From IMG/VR virus record IMGVR_UViG_3300008261_000001, positions 124,001 through 188,000 of that record: a stretch of 64,000 nt of DNA; one strand, written 5' to 3'. Every line of letters begins with the position of its first letter. The first letter of the stretch is position 1. The position numbers and the translations under genes were made by a program. The notes under the pieces are model-generated. The model worked only from the letters and a program-made list of their open reading frames with translations. It did not search any database and was not told the DNA's origin. Below are positions 27,666 to 37,778 of the stretch, piece after piece.

Positions 27666-30600
27666 ATGAATGTCTTTTCCTTATTGCGTGAAATAGAGGC
27701 TGTGGGCGAAAGGATTGAATCGCTCTCTAGGAGGGTGGGTTTAAATGTTCGCACAAGTGCTAAAAAGAAAAAGGATACCCCTCTCTCTGAACAAGCGAAA
27801 TCGAACTTAAAAGACAACACCTACAAGGATGTAGACACAAAAAAGGACATATCCTTTGGGACTGCTTTAAAGAAAGAGCACCCAAAGGCGGTCAAGGACT
27901 ACAAAAAGGAGTTGTCCAAAATAAAGGGAACGAAGAAGCCCCTAAAGAACTCAGAGTACAGATCGGGTGGTCAGTTTTCAGCCGATGTAAGAGTAGACCT
28001 TGAGGGGGCGTTCTCAAACGCGAGTGTAAGGGTGGATATTGAGAGCTTATCAATACCACAAGAAATGGGTATGAGAGCCGTTATAAGTGTTGTGGTTAAT
28101 GTGGCGACCGATATAGACGATGGCTATGAGTATGAGGAAAAGGAAAAAGGTGCTAGGAAACCTAAACAAAAGGGTTTGGATAAACAAAAGGGTTTGGATA
28201 AACAACAAGTCTTACCCAAAGACAAAAAGGCTCGTGTCAAAAAGATAAAAGATAAACTCGACGAGGTTTTACCCACACAGATAGATCTCCCCAACGGAGA
28301 AACCCTACCCGTTAATACGGAGGCTTTATCCAATATGACTACTGAGCGTCTAGAGGAGACACAAAAGACTCTAGACGCTCGTGCTGAGGAAAGGCAAGAA
28401 ACAGACTCCGAGTCTAAGGCTGATGAGAAGTCTTTATCCGAGCAGATAGAAAAGAAGATTTATTCGTCTAAGCTAAAGACAAGGGAAGAGCCAAGTGAGC
28501 TAGAGTCCGCGTTGAATCGGACAATAGATAAAATGTTCGAGGACGACGAGGGGTTTTTGAGTTCGGAGAAGGTACGGACTCAAAAGAGCGAGCTAAAGGG
28601 TCTTACGAGGTCGATTCAGTCGATGTCGCTCGAAGAGGCTGAGGAGGTGGCTAAGGCGTATGAGAAGCAAGGGGAGAGCCTCATAAACTCTTTTACGGGC
28701 AAAGACAGCGACTATGAGGGATTGAGTGAGCTTTACAAAGCCACACAAGAGGTTTTAAAAGCTGGGATACCTCAGAACCCTTTAGAGGATGAGGATATAG
28801 AGCATAAGCTCTTGGCGGAAGCCTCATTGGAAAAGTTATCCAAAGTCTCCAAACTCGATCAGCTAGAGACACTTAATGAAAAGCTAAAGGATAAGTCCCT
28901 TTCCAAAGAGGAAGCAAAAACCATTAAAGAGGAGATATCCAATATTGAGAAGGGAGCTAAAGCGTTATTGGAGGCAGAGGGCATTGATCCTTCAGCATAT
29001 AAAGCCTTCGTAGCGTACAGAAAGAATCCAGAAAAAGGGTTCAAAGATTTCGCCTCTGCTTTGGAAAAGTCCAAGTGGATGTCGGATAACTTAGAAGATA
29101 TACAAGGCGAGGTAGATCAAAAGAAGTCGGCTATAACCAAGCCCTACAGAGAGCAAGTTGGTAAGTATCTGGCGGCAAAAGCGATGGAGGAGGGATTTAT
29201 TCGAGATCCCATGTACGGAGTAAAGAGTATTGGAAAGACCGATATGAACGACTCTGATGTGGTAGCTCATCGCAGGCAGGTTAGGATAAACCAAGCTAGG
29301 CGATATAAGCAGATGAGTTCTGAAATACGCGATCTAGCCGTCCTAGAAACACAAGACTTATCCAATGACAACGCAAAGCTGATTGCAGAACTCGAAGAGA
29401 AACAATCTAAGGGTGAGGATGTATCCCAAGCCTTACAACAAGCGAGGGAGAAGCAGAATCAATATCAAGACACTCTTGCGGGCTTAAATACAGCAAGGCT
29501 TTTATTGGGTGAAAAGCCTATAGATGGTTTTCAAGAGGTCGATGAGAACCTCTTGAACTTAGCCAAGAGCGTAGACGACAATAATCTTTTAGAGGCGGTC
29601 TCCGTTTTAGGTTCACCCACAGGTGGGGGTAAAGACAGAGAACAAACACGGGAGGCTGTTAAGGGTGCCTTATCCGAAATGTCCTTAGATCGTTTTGGGC
29701 AGATCGTGGGAGATCAGTACGAGGATATGCTCGATGTCCTTAAACCCACTTACTGCCCATCTACACCAAAAAACGAAGCGGCAGGTTTAGCGGATAAACA
29801 TCTTACGGAGGGGCAGAAGTGTCCAGAGCCTTTAGACCCACGACTACATGACCTTATGCGTAGGTACATCACTGACTCGTATGCAGACACACAAAGCATA
29901 CGGAGTGAAGATAGGGGTGGTTTCGATGAAGGTAGATCGAAACAAGTATCCACTCAACAGCGTAAGGAGTTCAAAGAGCTTTGGGATAAAAGCAAAGAGG
30001 AAGTCCTAAAAGCCATAACCATGAGCGAGGACGACCCCGCATATGATGAAGACGCTGTGGTGAGTACCCTAGAGCTATTTGGGTTGGAACTGAGGATGAG
30101 GAACTATGAAACGCTGATGGTGGACGGCAAGAAGATAGTCGGTCATGAAGCCATCATGAAGTACATCCGCAAGGTTCAAGAAATGGATAAGAAGGAGCGA
30201 GAGAAAAAGGTAAAGGAGTTGGCGAAGCAGTTTGAAGATTTCTTAAAGCAGAATGAACCTGAGGCTTCTGAAACACCCCCTCGTACAGCAAATATATTTA
30301 ATAAATCTTTTATAGACCCACGCTTAAATATCGCAGGAGACTTTCTTATGAAGAAAAGTGCGACAACCTATGTGGACTATCAAGCTCTAGCCTCAACATT
30401 TGAGGTTGGGATGAGTGTATTTACGCATAGTGGTGGCGATCCTGCTCGATCAGGTGTTGTGGTTGCCGTATTTCCAGCTATTGGAATGGTCGATGTACAG
30501 TTTCCACACGGAAGCACTCGTCTCCCAGTAGAGGATCTTGTCATTGACCATACTAAAGAAATAGCACCACTACCGGATAGTTTGATATCCGTACCTGGCG

Positions 30601-30854
30601 GTGTGGGTACACAGCCTGTGTCTTTAGGTGTAAAGCGTGTAGCTTCAGCCTATATGGAAAAGACAGCACTTTATTGGTGGGCTAAAGATAGGGTGTACAG
30701 AAAATCGAAATCCGAGGTTAAACCATCGTGTCCTAAGTGCAAAGACATGATGAAGCCCTCGGTGTATAAGAGGCGAAATGGAAAGAGCGACAGACTTTTA
30801 GTTTGTACCTCTTGTGTTTTCGTCATAAAGACCACCGACATCGTGGAAGGATAA
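27666..30854 (+). CDS. Large charged helical protein with C-terminal Zn ribbon; probable head protein
   Basis: 1062-aa ORF; CPKC..CTSC at C-terminus; internal in-frame start at 30348. Confidence 0.75.
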   Translation: MNVFSLLREIEAVGERIESLSRRVGLNVRTSAKKKKDTPLSEQAKSNLKDNTYKDVDTKKDISFGTALKKEHPKAVKDYKKELSKIKGTKKPLKNSEYRSGGQFSADVRVDLEGAFSNASVRVDIESLSIPQEMGMRAVISVVVNVATDIDDGYEYEEKEKGARKPKQKGLDKQKGLDKQQVLPKDKKARVKKIKDKLDEVLPTQIDLPNGETLPVNTEALSNMTTERLEETQKTLDARAEERQETDSESKADEKSLSEQIEKKIYSSKLKTREEPSELESALNRTIDKMFEDDEGFLSSEKVRTQKSELKGLTRSIQSMSLEEAEEVAKAYEKQGESLINSFTGKDSDYEGLSELYKATQEVLKAGIPQNPLEDEDIEHKLLAEASLEKLSKVSKLDQLETLNEKLKDKSLSKEEAKTIKEEISNIEKGAKALLEAEGIDPSAYKAFVAYRKNPEKGFKDFASALEKSKWMSDNLEDIQGEVDQKKSAITKPYREQVGKYLAAKAMEEGFIRDPMYGVKSIGKTDMNDSDVVAHRRQVRINQARRYKQMSSEIRDLAVLETQDLSNDNAKLIAELEEKQSKGEDVSQALQQAREKQNQYQDTLAGLNTARLLLGEKPIDGFQEVDENLLNLAKSVDDNNLLEAVSVLGSPTGGGKDREQTREAVKGALSEMSLDRFGQIVGDQYEDMLDVLKPTYCPSTPKNEAAGLADKHLTEGQKCPEPLDPRLHDLMRRYITDSYADTQSIRSEDRGGFDEGRSKQVSTQQRKEFKELWDKSKEEVLKAITMSEDDPAYDEDAVVSTLELFGLELRMRNYETLMVDGKKIVGHEAIMKYIRKVQEMDKKEREKKVKELAKQFEDFLKQNEPEASETPPRTANIFNKSFIDPRLNIAGDFLMKKSATTYVDYQALASTFEVGMSVFTHSGGDPARSGVVVAVFPAIGMVDVQFPHGSTRLPVEDLVIDHTKEIAPLPDSLISVPGGVGTQPVSLGVKRVASAYMEKTALYWWAKDRVYRKSKSEVKPSCPKCKDMMKPSVYKRRNGKSDRLLVCTSCVFVIKTTDIVEG

Positions 30855-30858
30855 GCAC

Positions 30859-32244
30859 ATGGCTTTTTTAAGATATGCTAAGGCTAATGTGGTCAATCCT
30901 CAACTCAACTTTAAGGGTTGGGATAAGGTGCGTGTGGCGAGTGGTTCTAAATCTTCATTGGGTGGTGGATTGGTTCAGAAAGCCCAAGACATCTTGGGTG
31001 AGCCTTGCACACCTGAGAGGTTTTTACTTACCCACTCAACCATAGTCTGTTCAGTAGATGCGGTAACCGTTCCTAACTCCAAGACGGGTTCTATCGTAGA
31101 GCAAGGCTTAAAGATTAACCGCAAGTACGCTAATTGGCGAGTCACATCTGAAACGGATAAGTTCATAAATAACAACCTAGATTGTTGGTCTAGGGAGGTT
31201 ATTATGAAGTCCTACAAGACTTTCATTGGGGCTCAGAACTTTTTGGAGCATATACAGGTTGAAGAACTCTCTAAGGGTCGGATTATTGATGCTGTTCTTC
31301 GAGATGTTGGTGAATCTTTATATGTGGACATCTTGGTAGCCACTGACAGAAAACACACCGACTTGGTTAATCAAATAATCAAGGGCGAAATGAACGCCAT
31401 GAGCATGGGTTGTTCTGTAGAGGCGACCATATGCACCAAGTGCGGTCATGTGGCTGCGGATGAGACTGAGTTCTGTCCCCATGTGAAGTACGAAAAGGGA
31501 AATGTCTTTTATGACGAACAGGGTAATAAGCACCGAGTTGCAGAACTCTGTGGACATGAGGACATGGGCGAGACAGGTGGCGTGACTTTTATTGAGGCAT
31601 CTTGGGTGGCAACCCCTGCCTTTAAGGGTGCAGTCACTCGTAATATCCTTGAGCTTCCTCAGACTAAACAAGCCTCAGAAGCTATCCTAAATCAAATCCC
31701 ATCGGCTTGGTTATCCAAAGTGGCTGGTCCGTTTGATGACGAGGAAGAAGATGCAGGAGAGGAAGCTCCCGCTGAACCCCCCAAGTCACTTATGCAACAG
31801 CTAGAGGATGTGTATCAGACAGCTATCCTCGATAGGTTGCGTGTAAAGCTAGAGAACGAAATCAAAGAGGAACAGGCTAAGTTAGTCTTAAATCCTCCTA
31901 TTGATAAGTCCACGGCTGAACAGAACGACACCGTCATTAAAGAAGGGTCTCGTACTCTAAAGAAATCCTACTTAAAGGCATTAGAGTTAAGTATTAAGAC
32001 TGCCTCTAGCATAGACGAGGCAGTCTTGAACTTATCTTTGGTTAATAGCCATTATGGGGTAAAGATACCTGCTCACATTTATAAGCTCGCCCAAAAGCTA
32101 GGGTCGGCTTCTAACTTTAAGAGCGTAGACTCTTACCTCAAGCAAGCCAATGTTTTACATGGCTCAAATCTTTCTGAGTCGGATAAGGTAAAACTTATCC
32201 GATTTGCAAAGCTCCTCTCCCTCCACCAATCGGGCAGAAAATAA
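30859..32244 (+). CDS. Prohead (capsid maturation) protease with Zn-finger insert
   Basis: NFLEH, GRIIDA, MSMGCSV..ICTKCG..CPH, FIEASWVATPAF; upstream of scaffold and capsid. Confidence 0.75.
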   Translation: MAFLRYAKANVVNPQLNFKGWDKVRVASGSKSSLGGGLVQKAQDILGEPCTPERFLLTHSTIVCSVDAVTVPNSKTGSIVEQGLKINRKYANWRVTSETDKFINNNLDCWSREVIMKSYKTFIGAQNFLEHIQVEELSKGRIIDAVLRDVGESLYVDILVATDRKHTDLVNQIIKGEMNAMSMGCSVEATICTKCGHVAADETEFCPHVKYEKGNVFYDEQGNKHRVAELCGHEDMGETGGVTFIEASWVATPAFKGAVTRNILELPQTKQASEAILNQIPSAWLSKVAGPFDDEEEDAGEEAPAEPPKSLMQQLEDVYQTAILDRLRVKLENEIKEEQAKLVLNPPIDKSTAEQNDTVIKEGSRTLKKSYLKALELSIKTASSIDEAVLNLSLVNSHYGVKIPAHIYKLAQKLGSASNFKSVDSYLKQANVLHGSNLSESDKVKLIRFAKLLSLHQSGRK

Positions 32245-32272
32245 GTCCTGCCCCACTCGAAAGGAAATACCT

Positions 32273-33757
32273 ATGTCAAGGTATGGTCGTAGATTGAATC
32301 GTAGGGCTACCTCCGCTATGCCCGGTACTGATAACCTCGGTTGGGACAGCTTCGGTCACCCCGCCTCTTCCGCACAGCCCGAAGTCGATGCTTATGGTTT
32401 CGACGCTGAGTTTGGTGAGGGTGTTCGTAAGGGCCCTTATCGCTCTGGTCCTGCTCCCGCCTCTTATGGTTGGACACCTGATCATCCTGCCGCTAAGGAT
32501 ACTTTAGTTGAGGACTTTGCCTTAACTGAGGATCTTCGTAATGAGAACCTCAAGCTCGCTATGGAGCGTAAGGCGGCTAAGTGTATCCGTATTGCTGAGT
32601 CTCGTCTTGGCAAGAAGGCTTCTCCCCGTGAGATCGAGGAACTAGCCCTTCGTTTTATGGATCTCCCCAATCACACCATCAACGCTCGCGTTGCTTCTCT
32701 CTCTCGTAGGGCAGACAATGCAGTGCAAGTGAACACTGGCTATGATCAGGGTCTCGACTTCACAGGTCCTTTCAACGCAGAGGACGAGCTAGTCGCTGAC
32801 GATATGTGGGCAGACGACCTTGAGGCTGATGAGCTTGAGGCACATGGCATCTCTGACGAGTACGACTTCGACATGGACGGCATGGTATCGAGTGAGGAGT
32901 GGGGTGGCTCTGAGAGCGTGTTCGACTCTATGGACAGCGATGCAGACGGTTTCCTCGACCATGAGGAGATGTCGATGGGTCTTGGTGAGTCTTTTGCGGA
33001 AGACATGATGGGTTCACGCATGGCTTCAAGGCGTGTTCGTGCTCAAGAGACCACCGCTGCTGATTTACTTGCTGAGGAGCTTGCAATGCTCAAGGCGGCT
33101 AACGCTCGCCTCGCTCGTCAAGTCCGTAAGTTAGCGGACAACACCACACAGCAGAACACAGGCTACACTGTCGAAGACTTCTCTGAGAAGATTGAGACCA
33201 AGCCTGAGTTTGAAGAGGGTATGGGCGAGCCTACCCCTCGCCTTGCAAGTCGTAAGCCTAGCCTCAATCGTCTTGCTACTGCTCTTTCCGAGTACATGGC
33301 AGATCAAAATGATCCTCGTGCCTTCTATAGCAAGCCCTCTGAGAAGAAGGCTGACTTCATGGCTGACGAGATGGCTGAACTCATGGCTGAACTTGAGGAG
33401 ACCTCGGGTGAGGATGTCATGGGCTTAGACTCAAGCGAGGCTCAAGCGTCTGCAATGGATCCCAAGCTCGCCCGCATTTTCCAAGCCGCTGACGAGGCTG
33501 AGGAAGAGGCTGAGGAAGAGGCTCCTGAGGAAGAGGCTGAAGAGGAAGAGGTCAAGATGACCGATGACGAGGAGGAGGAAGAAGAGAAGCCTGCTCCTAA
33601 GAAGTCTGAGGCTAAGAAGGCTTCCTATCGTCCTAAGGCACCTGCTCGCCAAGCGTCTGTGAAGACCCTCGGCAACATCAGTCGTGAGGCATCAGCTTCC
33701 GATGAGCTTTCCAAGCTCTGGGAGACTGCTCCTGATGTGAGCAAGTTCTTTAACTGA
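32273..33757 (+). CDS. Capsid scaffolding protein (acidic, EF-hand pair)
   Basis: Very acidic with coiled coils; between protease and capsid genes; start at 32273 after AAGGA. Confidence 0.7.
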   Translation: MSRYGRRLNRRATSAMPGTDNLGWDSFGHPASSAQPEVDAYGFDAEFGEGVRKGPYRSGPAPASYGWTPDHPAAKDTLVEDFALTEDLRNENLKLAMERKAAKCIRIAESRLGKKASPREIEELALRFMDLPNHTINARVASLSRRADNAVQVNTGYDQGLDFTGPFNAEDELVADDMWADDLEADELEAHGISDEYDFDMDGMVSSEEWGGSESVFDSMDSDADGFLDHEEMSMGLGESFAEDMMGSRMASRRVRAQETTAADLLAEELAMLKAANARLARQVRKLADNTTQQNTGYTVEDFSEKIETKPEFEEGMGEPTPRLASRKPSLNRLATALSEYMADQNDPRAFYSKPSEKKADFMADEMAELMAELEETSGEDVMGLDSSEAQASAMDPKLARIFQAADEAEEEAEEEAPEEEAEEEEVKMTDDEEEEEEKPAPKKSEAKKASYRPKAPARQASVKTLGNISREASASDELSKLWETAPDVSKFFN

Positions 33758-33903
33758 TAGTTTCCAATAGGGTGTAATAGTTCTTTTATACCCTAACGCA
33801 TAATACACAAACCTAACTTGGGGCGGTTCATGGTGAACCACCTCTTAAATACAACACACTACTTCCTTGAAAACAGGGAGTACGAGAACATAGGAAAATA
33901 ACT

Positions 33904-34509
33904 ATGGCTCTACTTGGACAAGCTAGTGGTGGTTTTACTGAGTCAAGCTCGGCTCTCCGTATCCTCCATGTTGGTGTTCGTAACACCATCGGGCAGCTTA
34001 CGGCAGACAGCTTTACACAGGTGAACCCCCCCAATCCTAACGCTGTTGCAGGTGCGTCTGCCACACAAGCTCCCGGTCTTTTGACTAGCGTGTTTGGTGT
34101 ACTCAGCGGCTCTATCGCCTTCACCCGTGGTGACGAGGGTGCTTCCTTCCACGGTGGTCCTACAGCAGAGGCTGGTCGTGCTCATGCGGAGCGTGTACTA
34201 GGCGTTTATATCAATAACGCTGTTGGTAACGCTTTTGAGAATCAGCCTGGCGTAGCCTCAAACCGTGGTCCTTATGTATCCGCTCAAGGTGCATATGGCA
34301 ACCGTCTTTACGAGACTCGTGACATTGACGGTGGTGGTGCTCTCACCACCGCTTATGCACCTGGCGTAGCTCTCGTAGCTTCCGTTAACGGATACCTCAC
34401 CACCTCGGTGGATGCGGCTCACGATCACACGGACGACACCCTCATCGGCATTGTAACCATCGCTCCCGACTCCAACGATGATGAGTTGGTTTACGATCAG
34501 CGTATCTAA
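33904..34509 (+). CDS. Capsid decoration/cement protein
   Basis: G/A/T-rich 201 aa directly before MCP; same high-expression codon style. Confidence 0.6.
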   Translation: MALLGQASGGFTESSSALRILHVGVRNTIGQLTADSFTQVNPPNPNAVAGASATQAPGLLTSVFGVLSGSIAFTRGDEGASFHGGPTAEAGRAHAERVLGVYINNAVGNAFENQPGVASNRGPYVSAQGAYGNRLYETRDIDGGGALTTAYAPGVALVASVNGYLTTSVDAAHDHTDDTLIGIVTIAPDSNDDELVYDQRI

Positions 34510-34530
34510 TAGAAGGATAGGAGCAATAAA

Positions 34531-35409
34531 ATGAGCAATACCGTAGATAATGCAGTCAAGCAGAAGATCATTAGCGACTACATCAAGACCCCTCAAGGTC
34601 GTGCTAAGTTAGCCGCTTCGATGACTCAGCCTTTGCGTCTCCGCAGAGACTACACCTCTGTCGGTCGCAAGACTTTCCTTGTTGAGCAGTTGCCCGATGG
34701 TGCTCTGCCCATCTATGACAAGGATCCCGATGTGACCGCGTTCGTGGTTGGTGAAGAGGGTCAGAACATCCTCGCTATCACCAAGCCCCGCCGTGTGATC
34801 TTCCCCTTGTTCGAGATTGCCTCGAACCCTGAGATCCCCTTAACTCAGATTAAGGAGAGGCGTTTCGACCTCATCGAAAGGGCTCAGGATCTCGCAAGGG
34901 CTCAGATCCAAGCCGCTGAGGATGAGCGTGTATTCGCTATCCTTGACGCTGTGGCAACACAGGGCTTCGACAGCCTCCCTGGTCAGACCAACGCTGACAT
35001 CCCTGTCATCGCTCCCCTCAATGGTGCGGTGCTTGCGGATGCGTTCTCGCTCATCGAGCGTCACGACCTTCGCGTAGCTCGCGTGTTCATGAACGCTCGT
35101 GACTATGCAGACATCAGAAAGTTCGGTCGTGACATCCTCGACATCGAGAGCCAAGCGGCACTCTTAAAGACAGGTCTACAGGCTACCCTTTGGGGCTCTC
35201 AGATCATCACCTCACGCCTCGTGCCTGTTGGTACGGTGTATGTGTGCTGTGAGCCTGAGATGTTCGGTCGTATCCCTGTTCGTACAGAGCTTACCGTTCT
35301 CTCAGCGGACGATCCTAAGGCTCGTACCATCGGCTTCTCCGTGTTCGAGAACCTCGGTATCGGTGCATACAACCCCCGTGGTCTTGCCCGTCTCACCGTG
35401 ACCCGCTAA
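34531..35409 (+). CDS. Major capsid protein (HK97 fold, encapsulin-like size)
   Basis: GRAKLAASMTQPLR, FEIASNPEI, IQAAEDERVF, VFMNARDYADIRK, ENLGIGAYNPRG; strong RBS; terminator follows. Confidence 0.85.
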   Translation: MSNTVDNAVKQKIISDYIKTPQGRAKLAASMTQPLRLRRDYTSVGRKTFLVEQLPDGALPIYDKDPDVTAFVVGEEGQNILAITKPRRVIFPLFEIASNPEIPLTQIKERRFDLIERAQDLARAQIQAAEDERVFAILDAVATQGFDSLPGQTNADIPVIAPLNGAVLADAFSLIERHDLRVARVFMNARDYADIRKFGRDILDIESQAALLKTGLQATLWGSQIITSRLVPVGTVYVCCEPEMFGRIPVRTELTVLSADDPKARTIGFSVFENLGIGAYNPRGLARLTVTR

Positions 35410-35460
35410 GGGTAGCTGATTACTATCCCCTCGGTGCGTAGAGGGGCATAGTTAAGGCTA

Positions 35461-35519
35461 ACTAGAGCCTCTATTGAACCACCCATCCAAAAATGGAAAG
35501 GTTCGGTAGAGGCTCTAGT
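35461..35519 (+). terminator. Long hairpin after capsid gene
   Basis: ACTAGAGCCTCTA...TAGAGGCTCTAGT. Confidence 0.65.
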
Positions 35520-35524
35520 GCTTT

Positions 35525-35592
35525 AATAGGTTATTTATACTCCGAGATAGGGGATAGGTTTTAACCCTTAACCCAACCCCTATCACGGAGTA
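35525..35592 (+). promoter_or_regulatory. AATA-N5-TTTAT promoter-like motif plus RBS-occluding hairpin (third copy of cassette UTR)
   Basis: Homologous to 25739-25804; TACTCCGAGATAGGGG pairs with CCCCTATCACGGAGTA. Confidence 0.75.
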
Positions 35593-36261
35593 ATGAAGAT
35601 GATAAGATCAGCCAGTCTATCGCAAGAAGATCAAAGAGTGATTCAACTCTTTACCTATAGAGAAAAAGGTCAATCCAAAAGCATGAACTCTACGGGGGAT
35701 CGTTTAGATGGACCAGGACCAGAACTAAAGGGGGTTGCATTTTGGGAAAACGACCAAATTTGGTTTGTGGAAAAGGGATCTAGAACAGGACAACAAATCC
35801 ACAAATTGATTAAAAAGTTGAACCCTTATCCAGAGGTTTTGGGTGGTTATAAAAAGGAAGCACCCATGTTGGTTATGAGAAGATCAGCAAGCGAAGTATT
35901 AAGAAGTCTAGAGCAGAGAGTCGCATCCCTTGAGGCACAAGCGGCTCGCCTTGTTCTGCCTAGCAGGGCTAGGATGAAGGGCAAGAGGGTCGGTAAGAAA
36001 GACTTATCCGATTTGCTTATGGAGTTTATCAGTTCTGAGTACATGAGCGGGGGAGACGAGTTCTCTAGCTTTAACTTAGATGGCGATAAGTTCTCATTTC
36101 AGATCATGACAGACGATGGGGACGAGACTTTTTGGGCGGGCAAAATCATCGACAGAGGTGTTGCTCAGTCCGCACTCCTTAGCCAAGACAGCTATGCCCT
36201 AGAGGACGCTGTGATGGTTAAGCGTGATAGAAACCGAGACAGCGGTTTCGGTTATCGCTGA
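35593..36261 (+). CDS. Two-module cargo protein with internal MRRSASEVL leader
   Basis: N-terminal MKMIRSAS; internal MRRSASEVLRSLEQRVASLE at 35875. Confidence 0.8.
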   Translation: MKMIRSASLSQEDQRVIQLFTYREKGQSKSMNSTGDRLDGPGPELKGVAFWENDQIWFVEKGSRTGQQIHKLIKKLNPYPEVLGGYKKEAPMLVMRRSASEVLRSLEQRVASLEAQAARLVLPSRARMKGKRVGKKDLSDLLMEFISSEYMSGGDEFSSFNLDGDKFSFQIMTDDGDETFWAGKIIDRGVAQSALLSQDSYALEDAVMVKRDRNRDSGFGYR

Positions 36262-36290
36262 ATAGGTTCTAACCCCTACTCATTGGAGTA

Positions 36291-36686
36291 ATGAATATGA
36301 GAACTGCAAGCGAAGTATTAAGAAGTCTAGAGGCTCGTATTGCTCGCCTCGAAAGTCGCACCGCAGGTGCGACCAATAAGACTGCTAATGAGATAGCCAC
36401 TACTATCCTTCAACAGCTTGGTGGTAGTCGCAAGTTGCAGATGATGATTGGTCTCAAGCAAGTCATTAGTGATCCTCTAGGTGTCACGCTAGTGTTCCCT
36501 TTGCCTTCACATGAGGGTGCTGTAAATCGTGTCCGTATCACTCTTAATGGGCTTGATCTTTATGATATGGATTTTATCCGTACTAGAGGTACTAGCCAAA
36601 AGGTGGTTAAAGAGTTTGATAATGTCTATGCAGAGGACTTGAAGAGTATGTTTGAGAAAGGGACAGGTCTTTACATTAGGTTCTAA
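36291..36686 (+). CDS. MRTASEVL-leader cargo protein (IAxTILQQLGG...TGLY domain)
   Basis: Leader followed by a domain I recall as a common stand-alone phage hypothetical. Confidence 0.8.
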   Translation: MNMRTASEVLRSLEARIARLESRTAGATNKTANEIATTILQQLGGSRKLQMMIGLKQVISDPLGVTLVFPLPSHEGAVNRVRITLNGLDLYDMDFIRTRGTSQKVVKEFDNVYAEDLKSMFEKGTGLYIRF

Positions 36687-37144
36687 CCCCACACATACTC
36701 TAAGCCAGCTTCAACATCGGTGAAGTGGTGCTTGTAGTGGGAATAATCCTTTTCTAAGAGCTTAGACCTATGTGACCGATGGATAGCCTCCTTACCCCAC
36801 CAAGTGGGAGGCGACTTATCCGTATTGATGTTTATAAGCCTCCATGCTTCAAACCGAGGGAGCATGGTGTCTTTATAGCCCCGACTTATCCATTCTTTAC
36901 ATACGGCTTCAGCGTAGAGACAGAGAAACCACTCGTGTCCCTTCCACATGAGGACAGCAGGATGGCTTACCCAACCCCTCTTACGGAGAACACCATTTTT
37001 ATCCGTGATGTAAAGGTTTCCATTTTGGAGGCTTTCGAGGGTGTTGAGTATTTGCCAAGCCTCGACCCTTTGCTTACCGAGCCTCTTTTGATCGAGGGTC
37101 TTGGGTATAGCTTCTAAGTCGGCATACGGTACAAAAGTCTGCAT
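36683..37144 (-). CDS. Pyrimidine-dimer DNA glycosylase-like (MSMEG_6728 type)
   Basis: MQTFVPY, LDQKRLGKQRVEAWQIL, HPAVLMWKG, HRSHRSKLLEKD. Confidence 0.85.
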   Translation of the reverse strand: MQTFVPYADLEAIPKTLDQKRLGKQRVEAWQILNTLESLQNGNLYITDKNGVLRKRGWVSHPAVLMWKGHEWFLCLYAEAVCKEWISRGYKDTMLPRFEAWRLININTDKSPPTWWGKEAIHRSHRSKLLEKDYSHYKHHFTDVEAGLEYVWG

Positions 37145-37214
37145 TTTAAATCCTTTATAAGAGAAAGCAATCGTGTTCTAACCCCTCCAACCTCGCCACA
37201 TTATAGGAATCCTT

Positions 37215-37391
37215 ATGATGTCCATAATAGCTTGGGCGTTGATAATCGTGCATTCGATTTGGATCTTCGCTATGGTGTCTGTAGCCCTAGATAGAAACAT
37301 GAGTGACGACACCGAGCCTGGAATGATTATTGGCTCGCTTGCGGTGTACTTCTTACATTGGTACTTGTTCTTGTATTGCCCTGTATTGTAA
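37215..37391 (+). CDS. Small membrane protein (58 aa)
   Basis: Own translation MMSIIAWALII...; AGGA RBS; two hydrophobic segments. Confidence 0.5.
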   Translation: MMSIIAWALIIVHSIWIFAMVSVALDRNMSDDTEPGMIIGSLAVYFLHWYLFLYCPVL

Positions 37392-37440
37392 GGCGAAGGT
37401 GATGGTTCAGAAGGTTCTCCAATACACCATAGGCTCTGAT

Positions 37441-37734
37441 ATGTTAGAGGCATATAAAGATGGGTCTTTAAGGGTTAACGGAGACACTTATCTGTCCATA
37501 AGAGACTATGAGTCTAAAAATGGATTAATATTAGAGAAGACTTATCCATTTTGGCTTGTTGTTAACATGAAGAGGATGTTGGGTTGGAGGCTTCTGTGTA
37601 GGGGAGGTGTGTATTACGAACAGGCGTTTAAGGACTACTACAAAATACAAGACGGTTCTTTCTTACCATGTAAGAAGCCAAAAGGTGCTGTAGAGGTCGC
37701 ATGGGATCGACACCCATTTAAGGCAGATTTTTAG
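37441..37734 (+). CDS. Hypothetical protein
   Basis: 3' part of ORF 37330-37734; start uncertain. Confidence 0.45.
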   Translation: MLEAYKDGSLRVNGDTYLSIRDYESKNGLILEKTYPFWLVVNMKRMLGWRLLCRGGVYYEQAFKDYYKIQDGSFLPCKKPKGAVEVAWDRHPFKADF

Positions 37735-37778
37735 TGTTTTTATAGAGTGGTTTATCCATACAGAAATGGAAAAAAGAG

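Noticed and set aside
28164-28205. 18-bp in-frame duplication (KQKGLD x2); also a 15-bp tandem near 15356
   Set aside because: Simple slippage repeats with no sign of function
29422-29448. Extra TATCCCAA occurrences in coding sequence (also near 39680)
   Set aside because: No YTYATTA at the N12 spacing, so not counted as promoter motifs
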